Source: an uncultured Rhodanobacter sp. (GTDB lineage: Bacteria > Bacteroidota > Bacteroidia > Cytophagales > Hymenobacteraceae). From it: a stretch of DNA of 64,000 nucleotides. The notes below the pieces were generated by a model. The model did not search any database, had not been told where the DNA came from, and saw only the letters and a list, made by a program, of their open reading frames with translations. Where the stretch lies: NCBI GenBank assembly GCA_964657755.1, contig CAZZWL010000009.1:239-64238 (forward strand), given 5' to 3'. This document shows positions 28,697 through 37,568 of this stretch, in pieces (the first letter of the stretch is position 1; each line of letters starts with the position of its first letter). Position numbers and translations under genes: made by a program.

Positions 28697-29635
28697 TTAA
28701 TTTAATTCCAGCTTAGTGCCGCGCAAAAACTCCTCGGTCGTGAGGCGTTTTTTGCCTTCGAGCTGCACTTCGAGCAGGTCGAGCCAGCCGTTGGGGGTAG
28801 CCACGCGCAGGTGGTGGCGGCCGTCGGTGGCCCAAGTACCGGTCGCGGCGGTGGTGGTTCCATCCGGTGCAATCTGGGCGCGGTATACTTTGAGGCCGCG
28901 GCCATCGGGCAGAGTGGTGTAGGCGGCGGGCGCGGGCGCCAGGCCCCGCACCTGGTTTACCAGCTCGGCGGCGGGGCGCTGAAAATCGAGCCGGCCGGTT
29001 TCCTTGGTCAGCTTGGGAGCGGGGCGCAGGTGGGGGGTAGGGGGCTGCGGCGTGCTGGGCGCGGTGCCCGCGGCGATGGCCTCCACCGTGCGCCGGGCCA
29101 GCGCCGCGCCCGCCACCTTCAGCTTGTCATACAAAGAGCCAAAATCGTCGGTCGGCTCGATGACAATTTTATCCTGCAAAATGAGGTCGCCGGTATCAAT
29201 CTCGTGGCGCAGGAAAAAGCTGCTGACGCCCGTTTCCTGGTCGCCGTGCATCAGGGCCCAGTTGATGGGCGCCGCGCCGCGGTACTGCGGCAGCAGCGAG
29301 GCGTGGATATTGACCGAGCCCAAGCGCGGCATATTCCACACGGTTTCGGGCAGCATACGAAAGGCCACTACTACCTGCAAGTCGGCCGCGTAGCCTTTCA
29401 GCTCGGCCTGAAAAGCCGCGTCCTTGAGGTTGGTGGGTTGCAGCACGGGTAGGCCGTGGGCCAGCGCCGCCGCCTTCACGGCCGAGGCCTGCAGCTGCCG
29501 CCCGCGCCCGGCGGGCCGGTCGGGCCCGGTGAGCACGGCCACCACCTGCGCCTCGGGCAGCGTGAGCAGGGTTTCGAGGGTCGGCACGGCGAAGTCGGGC
29601 GTGCCCATAAAGATGATGCGAAGGGGAGCGGGCAT
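28697..29635 (-). CDS. fmt: Methionyl-tRNA formyltransferase
   Basis: IIFMGTPDFA, NIHASLLPQYRGAAPI, HEIDTGD. Start placed at ATG 29635. Confidence 0.96.
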   Translation of the reverse strand: MPAPLRIIFMGTPDFAVPTLETLLTLPEAQVVAVLTGPDRPAGRGRQLQASAVKAAALAHGLPVLQPTNLKDAAFQAELKGYAADLQVVVAFRMLPETVWNMPRLGSVNIHASLLPQYRGAAPINWALMHGDQETGVSSFFLRHEIDTGDLILQDKIVIEPTDDFGSLYDKLKVAGAALARRTVEAIAAGTAPSTPQPPTPHLRPAPKLTKETGRLDFQRPAAELVNQVRGLAPAPAAYTTLPDGRGLKVYRAQIAPDGTTTAATGTWATDGRHHLRVATPNGWLDLLEVQLEGKKRLTTEEFLRGTKLELN

Positions 29636-29687
29636 AGGTAGCAGAAGACATGGAGGGCACATAAGCAATGGCTCAGGCCGCCGGTTC

Positions 29688-30911
29688 TTATTTTTCAGGA
29701 TATAACAAATACTTTTTGCGCAGCACCTTGAACTGCCCCAGCCCCGGCTGCCAGCTGGCCCGGATGCTGGCCTCGGAGCGGCCCGCCACCACCTGCGCCC
29801 GCAGCGAGTCGGTGCCGGCCAGCTGCTCAAAATACTTCGTGAAGAAATGCGCTTTATCGGTGCTTTGCTGGTAAAAATCAAGCAGATAGCGCACGCTGAA
29901 AAACTCGGCCGGCTCGCCGGGCGCGGGTTGGTGCAGGTCGAGGCCGTAACAGAGTTGGCCATTCAGCGGAGGGGTAGGGGAGCCGGCGTTGGGGCGGGGA
30001 GTGAATTGGTAGGGCCGCGTGGCGGGCTGCGTGGGGGCCCCTATTACCTCAAATGGCTGGTCGGTGCCGCGCCCCACGCTCACGTTGGTGCCTTCAAGCA
30101 GGCACGCGCTGGGGTACAGCGCCACGGCCCGCGCGGTGGGCAGGTTGGGCGATGGGGGCACCGGCAGGGGGTAGGGCGTGGCGTGGGTGTAGCCGCCCGC
30201 CACCGGCACCACCGTGAGCGGGCAGGTGCGGCCGCCGGCCAGCCACTTTTCGCCGTTCAGCATCCGGGCCAGTTCGCCCACCGTGAGGCCGTGGCAGATG
30301 GGCAGCGGGTCGAGGCCCACGAACGAGCGGTGCCTGGCCTCCAGCACGGGGCCGTCGACCACCGCGCCGTTGGGGTTGGGGCGGTCGAGCACCACCACGG
30401 CTTTGCCCTGCTCGGCGGCGGCTTCCATCACGTAGTGCAGCGTGCTGATGAAGGTGTAGAAGCGCGTGCCCACGTCCTGGATATCAAATACCAGCACGTC
30501 CACGTCGGCCAGCATCTCGGGGGTAGGCTTCTTGGTTTTGCCGTACACCGAGCGCACGGGCACGCCGGTGCGGGCATCGCGGCCGTCGGCGATGGTGGCC
30601 CCGTCGGCCGCTTCCCCCCGAAAGCCGTGCTCGGGCGCGAAGATGGCCGTTAGGTTGACGCCCAGCGTTTTGAGCGTGTCCACCAGGTAGGTGTTGCCAA
30701 TGCGCGAGGTCTGGTTCACGACCAGGCCCACGCGCTTGCCGCGCAAGCCGGGCAGGTAGCGGCCTAGCTGCGCCGCGCCCACCACTAGCGGCCGGGCGGG
30801 GGGGATAGGGCGGGCCGCCGGAGCCGGGCGGCTGGCGGGCACGTCGGCGCTGGCCTCGCCGTGGGGGGAGCAGGCGCCGAGGCCGGCCGCCACGAAAATC
30901 CATTTCATCAT
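29688..30911 (-). CDS. DUF1343 / NamZ exo-beta-N-acetylmuramidase family lipoprotein
   Basis: GLVVNQTS, IFAPEHGFRG, FDIQDVGTRFYTF, LDRPNP, PSPNLP, SVGRGT. Confidence 0.9.
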   Translation of the reverse strand: MMKWIFVAAGLGACSPHGEASADVPASRPAPAARPIPPARPLVVGAAQLGRYLPGLRGKRVGLVVNQTSRIGNTYLVDTLKTLGVNLTAIFAPEHGFRGEAADGATIADGRDARTGVPVRSVYGKTKKPTPEMLADVDVLVFDIQDVGTRFYTFISTLHYVMEAAAEQGKAVVVLDRPNPNGAVVDGPVLEARHRSFVGLDPLPICHGLTVGELARMLNGEKWLAGGRTCPLTVVPVAGGYTHATPYPLPVPPSPNLPTARAVALYPSACLLEGTNVSVGRGTDQPFEVIGAPTQPATRPYQFTPRPNAGSPTPPLNGQLCYGLDLHQPAPGEPAEFFSVRYLLDFYQQSTDKAHFFTKYFEQLAGTDSLRAQVVAGRSEASIRASWQPGLGQFKVLRKKYLLYPEK

Positions 30912-30993
30912 GGCCCAAAAGTACCGTTGTTCGTAAGAAGCGCCCGGCTTGCCGGGCGCAACGCCCAGCGCGGCCGTAGCTTTACCGCCACTC

Positions 30994-32208
30994 GTGAATA
31001 CCGCCCGCTACATATCGCGCCGCATGGATGGCGCCGACACCGGCTCCTTTACCCATTCCGTTACGCGAATTGCTACGGTCAGCATTGCCCTGGGCATTGC
31101 CGTGATGATGGTATCGTTCTCCATCCTGCACGGCTTTCGCGAGCAGATTCAGAACAAGATTTTCTCGTTTGGCGCCCACTTGCAGCTCTCTCGCTACGAC
31201 ACCAACAACTCGCTCGAAGTAGCGCCCATCTCCGAGCCCCAGCTGCGGCGCGCGCTGGCCCGCTACCCCCAGGTGGCCTCCGTGCAGCCCTTCGCCCGCA
31301 AAACGGCCATCATCAAAACCCCCGACGAGGTGCTCGGCGTGGTGCTCAAGGGCGTGAGCGAGCGCCACAGCCCCAGTTCGATGCGCCAGAATATGGTGGC
31401 CGGCAAGTTTATCGCCTTCGCCGATTCGGCGGCCAGCAACGATATCGTCATCTCCCGAAAAATCGCCGATAAGCTGCGCCTCCAGGTGGGTAGCAAAGCG
31501 CTGTTCTACTTCATTCAGCAGCCGCCGCGGGTGCGCCCATTTCGGGTGTCGGGCATCTACCAAACGGGCCTCGATGAGTTCGACGAGGTATACGTGCTCG
31601 GCGACCTGCGCCAGATTCAGGAGCTCAACGCCTGGCCCGATTCGCTGGTGGGCGGCCTCGAAGTGCGCCTGCGCGACTTTGCGCGCCTCGACCGCACCTT
31701 CGACCAGTTCTACGAGCAACTGCCCTACGAGGTGCGCATCGAAAAAATAACGGACCAGTACGCCCAGCTCTTCGACTGGCTCAACCTGCTGAACCGGAAC
31801 GTGATTATCTTCTTGATACTCATTATTTTCGTCGCCACCTTCAACATGGTCGCCACCATTTTCATCATGATTCTGGAGCGTACCAAGATGATTGGTATTC
31901 TGAAAGCAGTAGGCGCCACCGACAACCAAATTCGCGAGATGTTCTTCTTCCGCGGGCTGTCCATCACCCTCAAAGGGCTCGTCATTGGCAATGTCATCGC
32001 CTTAGGTTTCTGCGCGTTGCAGTATTACTTCCGCATCATCCCGCTCGACCCCGAGAACTACTACATGGACCGCGTGCCCATTGCCTGGGACCCCACCGTG
32101 ATGGTGCTGCTTAACGTGGCTACGCTGGTCGCCTCCATTCTGTCGGTGCTCATTCCTACCTACATGATTGCCCGCATCAAACCCATGGTAGCCATCCGTT
32201 TCGACTAA
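30994..32208 (+). CDS. LolC/E (FtsX/MacB) family ABC permease
   Basis: N-terminal TM, large periplasmic domain, ILERTKMIGILKAVGA, three C-terminal TMs. GTG start inferred. Confidence 0.9.
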   Translation: MNTARYISRRMDGADTGSFTHSVTRIATVSIALGIAVMMVSFSILHGFREQIQNKIFSFGAHLQLSRYDTNNSLEVAPISEPQLRRALARYPQVASVQPFARKTAIIKTPDEVLGVVLKGVSERHSPSSMRQNMVAGKFIAFADSAASNDIVISRKIADKLRLQVGSKALFYFIQQPPRVRPFRVSGIYQTGLDEFDEVYVLGDLRQIQELNAWPDSLVGGLEVRLRDFARLDRTFDQFYEQLPYEVRIEKITDQYAQLFDWLNLLNRNVIIFLILIIFVATFNMVATIFIMILERTKMIGILKAVGATDNQIREMFFFRGLSITLKGLVIGNVIALGFCALQYYFRIIPLDPENYYMDRVPIAWDPTVMVLLNVATLVASILSVLIPTYMIARIKPMVAIRFD

Positions 32209-32503
32209 AGCTTAGGCCGGGGGGTAGGGGGCAAAACCTGGGTAATTCACCGCCTGTTTAGCCTGGTTGCCAGCCGCTAAAAGCCGCCTGTAAAGCAGGA
32301 AATCAATTTTTTAACTCCGTATACTGCCACCTCCTTTTTTAGCGTTTACTCGACACAAAGCGGCCGTTGGCCGATGAAAGAGGGGGTAGGGGGTGAAAAA
32401 AACCGTATCTTGCGGGTCCAAACAAGGCATTCTTCTAATTCGGGCGCATGCAACCAACTTGCTGCCCCCCTGCCTCTCAAGGGTATCACAACTTTCTTTT
32501 TTC

Positions 32504-33595
32504 ATGAAAAACCTCGTTCTACGAGCAAGCCAGTATATGCTGGCACTGGTGCTACTAGCCAGCCTGGGCCTCAGCAGCTGCAAGTCTTCCGATTCTACCA
32601 CCGTATTGGGCAACTGGACCTCCTCCAGCACGTTTAGCGGCGCCGCTCGCAGCAATGCCGTTAGTTTCGTCATCAATGGCGTGGCCTACGTGGGCACCGG
32701 CGTCGATGCCAATGCTAAGAAATACGGTGATTTTTATTCCCTAAACCCAGCTACCGGCGGCTGGACCAAGGTGACAGCCATGCCTCTTGCCGCTGGCTTA
32801 CGCTACAACGCCGTCGCTTTTGCGGCCGCTGGTAAGGGCTACGTAGGCACTGGCTATGACGGCACTAACCTGCTAAGCGATTTCTGGCAGTTTGACCCCG
32901 CTGGCAGTACGACCACTACGGTTGGTACCGTCGTTACGACGACTGTCGGCAGCTGGAAGCGGGTAGCCGACTTCCCAACTCCCAACGGAACGGGGCGCTA
33001 CGGCGCGGTAGCCGCCAGCATCAGTGACATTGGTTACGTGGGCACCGGCTATGATGGCAATAACCAGAACGACTTCTATAAGTATGACCCTACTGCTAAC
33101 ACTTGGACGGCCCTGACGGCTGGTTTTCCTGGTACCAAGCGTATTGGGGCAACTGCTTTCGTTATCAACGGCCAGATGTTCCTGGGCACCGGTATCAATA
33201 ATAACTTGTACGTGACGGATTTCTGGGCGTATAATCCAGTAGGCAGCGGTACCTGGACGCAGAAGCGTAACCTAGCCAATATCAGCAATTCGACTGAGTC
33301 CTACGATTACAGCGCCGTGGCGCGGGCCTATGCCTCTTCCTTCGTAATTGGTAACATTGGCTACGTAACGGTGGGTAGCAACAGCGCGGTGCGCACCGAC
33401 TGCCAGGCCTACGACCCCACCCTGGACACTTGGACGGCTACCAATCCTTTCACGTTCACTGGTGGTGGCGGGGCTGGGCGCAATTCGGCGGTATCGTTTA
33501 GTATTGGCAACTACGGCTACGTAGGTACGGGCTATAATGGCAGCCAACGTTTTGATGATTTCTGGAAATTTGACCCCAGTGCAGCACAGCAATAA
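32504..33595 (+). CDS. Kelch-repeat lipoprotein
   Basis: Lipobox LSSC. Repeated R..A.AF.I...GYVG.G....DF..YDP..W units. Confidence 0.9.
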   Translation: MKNLVLRASQYMLALVLLASLGLSSCKSSDSTTVLGNWTSSSTFSGAARSNAVSFVINGVAYVGTGVDANAKKYGDFYSLNPATGGWTKVTAMPLAAGLRYNAVAFAAAGKGYVGTGYDGTNLLSDFWQFDPAGSTTTTVGTVVTTTVGSWKRVADFPTPNGTGRYGAVAASISDIGYVGTGYDGNNQNDFYKYDPTANTWTALTAGFPGTKRIGATAFVINGQMFLGTGINNNLYVTDFWAYNPVGSGTWTQKRNLANISNSTESYDYSAVARAYASSFVIGNIGYVTVGSNSAVRTDCQAYDPTLDTWTATNPFTFTGGGGAGRNSAVSFSIGNYGYVGTGYNGSQRFDDFWKFDPSAAQQ

Positions 33596-34981
33596 CGCGC
33601 GGGCCAGCCGGCGCCGGGCTTCCTCCTGGGGCCGGCTGCCCTTTGCCTTACTAGCCGCGCTGGTGTTCCTGGCCGCCGGCTGCTCGAAGGACATTGGTAA
33701 TATTGGCGTTGGCCTCTGCCCGATGCGCAGGCCAACACGGGTGCGTATCTGATTGATACCGTAACTATCCGCGCCTCCACGGTGCTGCGCGACTCGGTAG
33801 TGACCTCCAACTCAGCCAACCTGCTGGTGGGCCGCTACACCGACCCGCAGCTGGGCACGCTCACCGCCAAAAGCTTTTTCCAGGTGGGCCTCACGGATGC
33901 GTTTAATCCCGACGCCACCTTCGTGTACGACTCCACGACGCTGGTGCTGCGCACGGCTACGCCTACTAAGCCCGACAGCTACATCTACGGCGACAGCACC
34001 AAAACTCAGGCCCTCTTTGAGGTGCACCCGATAACGCCGATTAACCCTATCTCGACGACTAAGGTATCTTTCGCTTCGCCCAAGCTCACCAGCATCAGCT
34101 ACGACTCGACTACGCTACTCAACCGCCCTGCTGGGGGAGGCACGGTTGGGATGGCCCCGCGGGGACGCATCCGGCCCACGCAGGGCACTATTCGGTTGCC
34201 TTTGCTCGATAATTTTGGTCGTAGCTTACTGCTAGCGGGTCAGACCGGCCGTATTACTACGCAAGACCAATTTGATGCTTTCATGCCGGGCCTGGCACTG
34301 ACCCCGGCGCCCGGCGACGACGCAACCATTGTTCGGCTGAATGCCACGGCCAGCGACGCTGCGCTGCTGCTCTACTACCACGACCCAACCAACCCGACGG
34401 CGGTGCTTACCAGCACGTTCTCGCTAACGAGCGTCAACCGGCACTTTTACCAGGTGAAGGCTGGTCGCAGCACGGGGGCCATCAAAAAGCTGCCCACCAC
34501 GTCGCTTCAATCTGTTGATGCCTCCCTCACCGGTATGAACACGGTAGTGGAAGGCGCTCTGGGCCTGCAAACCCGTTTGGAGTTCCCCTACCTCACCGAC
34601 TTGCAGCAGTTTGGCGCCAACCTCACCGTCACCAATGCCCAGATTACGGCGCTAGTGCCGACGACCACGCTGTCGCCGTTTGTGCCCGTGCCGCCCAGCC
34701 TCACGGTTAGCCTCACGGATGCCAGCAACCACCCCACCACTACCTATTTGTCTGGCGTGACGTATACCTCGGGCGTGTCGTCAACTACCGGTATTGAGCA
34801 AGGCTCGTACAACTGGATAGTAACCAGCTACGTGCAGGCAGTCATCAACCGGACTATTCCGAACAATGGCTTCCTGGTGTCGTCCGCCTCGCCCTCGCTG
34901 CCTAACCGCGTAATATTGGGCGGCCCACGTAACACGACCAATAAGATTGCGCTACGGATATATTTTATTACGGTGAAATAG
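33570..34981 (+). pseudogene. DUF4270-like lipoprotein with an apparent frameshift near 33715
   Basis: The lipoprotein signal (ALLAALVFLAAGC-SKDIGNIGVGL) is in one frame and the mature domain (PDAQANTGAYLIDTVTIRAST...LLVGRYTDPQLG) is in another frame closed upstream by TAA 33698-33700. Start position is uncertain. Confidence 0.7.
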
Positions 34982-35010
34982 ACTCCGGCTTTCTTATGTT
35001 GGCCGCCGCG

Positions 35011-35057
35011 AAGGGGGGTAGCAATTGTCGCGCATCGCGGCAATTGCTACCCCCCTT
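35011..35057 (+). terminator. Terminator made from an inverted GGGGGTAG pair
   Basis: AAGGGGGGTAGCAATTGTCGCG-cat-CGCGGCAATTGCTACCCCCCTT. Confidence 0.75.
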
Positions 35058-35113
35058 TATTATTATCTGCTAAAATAGACAACTAAGCCTACCCCTCTCG
35101 CTGTTTAAAGAGG

Positions 35114-35842
35114 GTGCCTGACCTACCTGCCGCCTCCGCCGCCCGCCCCGACCTGCTGCGCGTTTCCTACGACGACTACCGCGCCCTGCCCGCCATTGCT
35201 AACTCCGACCTGTCGCGCCTGCGCGATGCCCTCGACGGCCGCCCGCCGCGCACCGATTCGGGCTCGGGCGCGTTGAGTTTCGGCACAGCCTTCCACACGG
35301 CCCTGCTGGAGCCGGCCGACTATCAGCCCGGCCAGCCCGGCCTCAACGACACCCTCATCTGGTGGCTAGTCGAAGGCGTGAAGCTGAATACGGAGTTGAG
35401 TCGCCTGCTCGAACAGGGCGTGACCGAGCGTAGCGCCGTGTTTAGCGAGCCTACTACCGGCACCCTGTGCAAGCTGCGCGCCGACCTGGTGCTCAACCAG
35501 CCCGGCGAGCCCTACACCGTAGTTGATTTCAAAACAACGTTGGCCCGCGACGCCGACCACTTTCGGCTGCAATGCAGCCACTACGACTACGACCGCCAAG
35601 CGGCCTTTTACCTCGATGCCCTCCGGGCCGACCGCTTCCTGCTGGTGGGCGTGCAAAAAGTCGAGCCCTTCGGCGTATTCCCCCTCGAAGTGCCCGCCGC
35701 TATGCTGGCCGAAGGCCGTAGCAAGTATATGCACCTCCTAAAGTTGCTGCGTGCGCCCGCCACCGCGCCCGCCTACCGGGCCGAAGCCGTGCAGGCCGCC
35801 GCCGCCGCGCTGAGCTACGGCAGCGCTTCGGCTGGCCAATAA
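35114..35842 (+). CDS. PD-(D/E)XK nuclease-like protein (RecE/ExoVIII/DUF3799-like)
   Basis: YDDYRA...SDL, FGTAFH..LLEP, E...F..P.TG.LCKLRADL, VDFKTT, YDYDRQAAFY. Confidence 0.8.
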   Translation: MPDLPAASAARPDLLRVSYDDYRALPAIANSDLSRLRDALDGRPPRTDSGSGALSFGTAFHTALLEPADYQPGQPGLNDTLIWWLVEGVKLNTELSRLLEQGVTERSAVFSEPTTGTLCKLRADLVLNQPGEPYTVVDFKTTLARDADHFRLQCSHYDYDRQAAFYLDALRADRFLLVGVQKVEPFGVFPLEVPAAMLAEGRSKYMHLLKLLRAPATAPAYRAEAVQAAAAALSYGSASAGQ

Positions 35843-35875
35843 CTACCCCTAGCACTGCGCACGCTGGGGGTAGTT
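35841..35875. terminator. Bidirectional hairpin from an inverted CTACCCC/GGGGTAG pair
   Basis: AACTACCCCTAGC...GCTGGGGGTAGTT between convergent genes. Confidence 0.65.
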
Positions 35876-35884
35876 TGTTGATAA

Positions 35885-36889
35885 TCAGAAGCCAGCCAGG
35901 CCATTAGCGGCTAGCTCGCGTAGTAGTTGCCGCAGGCCGGCCGGTTCCCGTAGCTGCCGCGCCAAATGTTCCAGATAGTCCGTTTCGGCGCGCAGGTCGC
36001 GCTTAATCTGGCGCAGGCGGGTGCGCTGCTGCTTCTCGGTGCCACTCCAGGGCTCATCGGCCACGGGGCGTTGCGCGGTGGCCAGCTGCTGGGCCAATTG
36101 CGCGTGCTGCTGCGTCAGCGCGGTGGTATAGCGCCGGAGCAAGGCGTCGGCTTCGGGGCTGGGCGAGGGGGTAGGCGACTCACTGGAGGCCAGCAGCGCG
36201 AGCAGCGCCGCCAAATCGCCCGCCGCGTAGGCGGCCGTGATGCGCTGCATCAGGGCCGTTTGGGCCTGTTGGGTGGCGGCATCAGCCCGGGCCGCGCGGT
36301 CGGGGTGGTGCAGGCGAGCCAGCTGGCGGTAAGCCGCCTTCGTGTTTTGAAGCAATGACTGTTCTTCCGTCTCAGCGGCTTGTGCCTGGGTAGCGCGCTG
36401 CTGGCGGCGCGCTCGGGCGGCGGCGGCGGCCCGTTCGTGGGGTAGGGTGGTCGGGTCATCAGGTTCGGCTGGCGGTGGGGGGGTAGGGGTTTGCGTCTCC
36501 TCGAGCACGGGCGGGGCGGGTGCGTAGCGAGCCAACAATTCGCTCTCATCCTCGCCAAAGCGCCTTTCCAGGCTGCGCGCGTTGTGCACCAGCAGCTCCG
36601 TCACCTGCACCTGCTCGGCGCGGTTGAGGTACCCAGTGGTCAGGGCCAATTCGAGCGGCGCATACAGCGCGCGGCGAGCCGCTACGGCCGCCGCTGCCAC
36701 CGGCCCCACCTGCCGCCAGTACGACTGGCGAGTGGCGGCCTGTGCCGCCCGCAGTGTACTCAGCTGCGCCCGCAAAGCTTCAATAGCCGCCATCGCCTCG
36801 CGAAAAGCGTGCTGCGCCGGCGAACCAACGCTAGTCGCCGCCGCCCGGTCGGGCAGCCATTGGCGCTCAAGAAAAGAAAAGTCAGTCAC
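35885..36889 (-). CDS. Helical protein with internal J-domain-like segment
   Basis: KAAYRQLARLHHPDR...MQRITAAY..GDL contains the HPD motif and is flanked by coiled coils. Confidence 0.75.
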   Translation of the reverse strand: MTDFSFLERQWLPDRAAATSVGSPAQHAFREAMAAIEALRAQLSTLRAAQAATRQSYWRQVGPVAAAAVAARRALYAPLELALTTGYLNRAEQVQVTELLVHNARSLERRFGEDESELLARYAPAPPVLEETQTPTPPPPAEPDDPTTLPHERAAAAARARRQQRATQAQAAETEEQSLLQNTKAAYRQLARLHHPDRAARADAATQQAQTALMQRITAAYAAGDLAALLALLASSESPTPSPSPEADALLRRYTTALTQQHAQLAQQLATAQRPVADEPWSGTEKQQRTRLRQIKRDLRAETDYLEHLARQLREPAGLRQLLRELAANGLAGF

Positions 36890-37050
36890 AGGCTACAAAA
36901 ATAACTCGTAGCTTAATTAAGCGCGTCTTACCAGTGCTACTACCAACTTTCAATGAGCAATTAATTGCTGGATGCTTAATTAATTAAATCCCATCAATTT
37001 CGACGGTTTTGTCCTTTCAAAAAATAATTAAAAAATTATTGAACGAATAG

Positions 37051-37081
37051 TTGCATACGTAAAATAATTGCCCCACCTTTG
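37051..37081 (+). promoter_or_regulatory. Putative sigma-A promoter of the Ro60/Y RNA/RtcB locus
   Basis: TTG (37051) ... CACCTTTG (37074-37081), one mismatch to TAnnTTTG, 20-nt spacing, in AT-rich DNA. Confidence 0.5.
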
Positions 37082-37102
37082 TCACACTAAACCTTCAACG
37101 CC

Positions 37103-37198
37103 ATGTACCGCCACCTGATAAGCCTTTGCAATTCGGATAAAAAGCAGCCAGAAAAGCTGCCCCGGCTCGGTACGTATGCCTGATTTTAGCTTCCGCTA
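37103..37198 (+). CDS. Putative leader peptide 1 (MYRHLISLCNSDKKQPEKLPGSVRMPDFSFR)
   Basis: 31-codon ORF just after the promoter, ending 12 nt before an intrinsic terminator. Confidence 0.5.
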
Positions 37199-37210
37199 AA
37201 ACTGTCGCCG

Positions 37211-37240
37211 CCCGAGCCCTTGAAGCTCGGGTTTTTTGTT
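37211..37240 (+). terminator. Intrinsic terminator 1 in the rsr leader
   Basis: CCCGAGC-ccttgaa-GCTCGGG followed by TTTTTTGTT. Confidence 0.8.
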
Positions 37241-37276
37241 GTTAGCCGGTTATCAGCCGCTTAGCTCATTCCTTCG

Positions 37277-37369
37277 ATGCCCAATTACCGCCCTAGTTTC
37301 CTGCCTGTGTATAGTCAGCTGCAGTTCGGCCTGGCCGGGCGGCATCCAATACCCCGTGGTTTTTCTTAG
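37277..37369 (+). CDS. Putative leader peptide 2 (MPNYRPSFLPVYSQLQFGLAGRHPIPRGFS)
   Basis: 30-codon ORF between terminator 1 and terminator 2. Confidence 0.45.
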   Translation: MPNYRPSFLPVYSQLQFGLAGRHPIPRGFS

Positions 37370-37417
37370 TGTGTGCCCTGCCGATAACTAATCGGTGAGC
37401 CCTTCGCGAAAGTAAAA

Positions 37418-37445
37418 GCCCGGTCCTGAACACCGGGTTTTTTTG
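37418..37445 (+). terminator. Intrinsic terminator 2 in the rsr leader
   Basis: CCCGGT-cctgaac-ACCGGG followed by TTTTTTTG. Confidence 0.8.
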
Positions 37446-37568
37446 TATTCATTTCACAAATAAAAAGTAATTTTTATTTGATTGGGAAAGGTGCGCCTAA
37501 TGCCAATTAGTAATTAATTAATCGGTAATTAATTACCACCCATTTCCCACCCAGTATTCTTTTTTGTA

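Noticed and set aside
29636-29962. N-terminal extension of Fmt to 421 aa
   Set aside because: It overlaps the NamZ gene on the same strand; the Fmt family motif starts at 29635.
35114-35842. Cas4
   Set aside because: It lacks the four-cysteine Fe-S cluster arrangement of Cas4 and has no cas1/cas2 context; a RecE-like assignment fits better.
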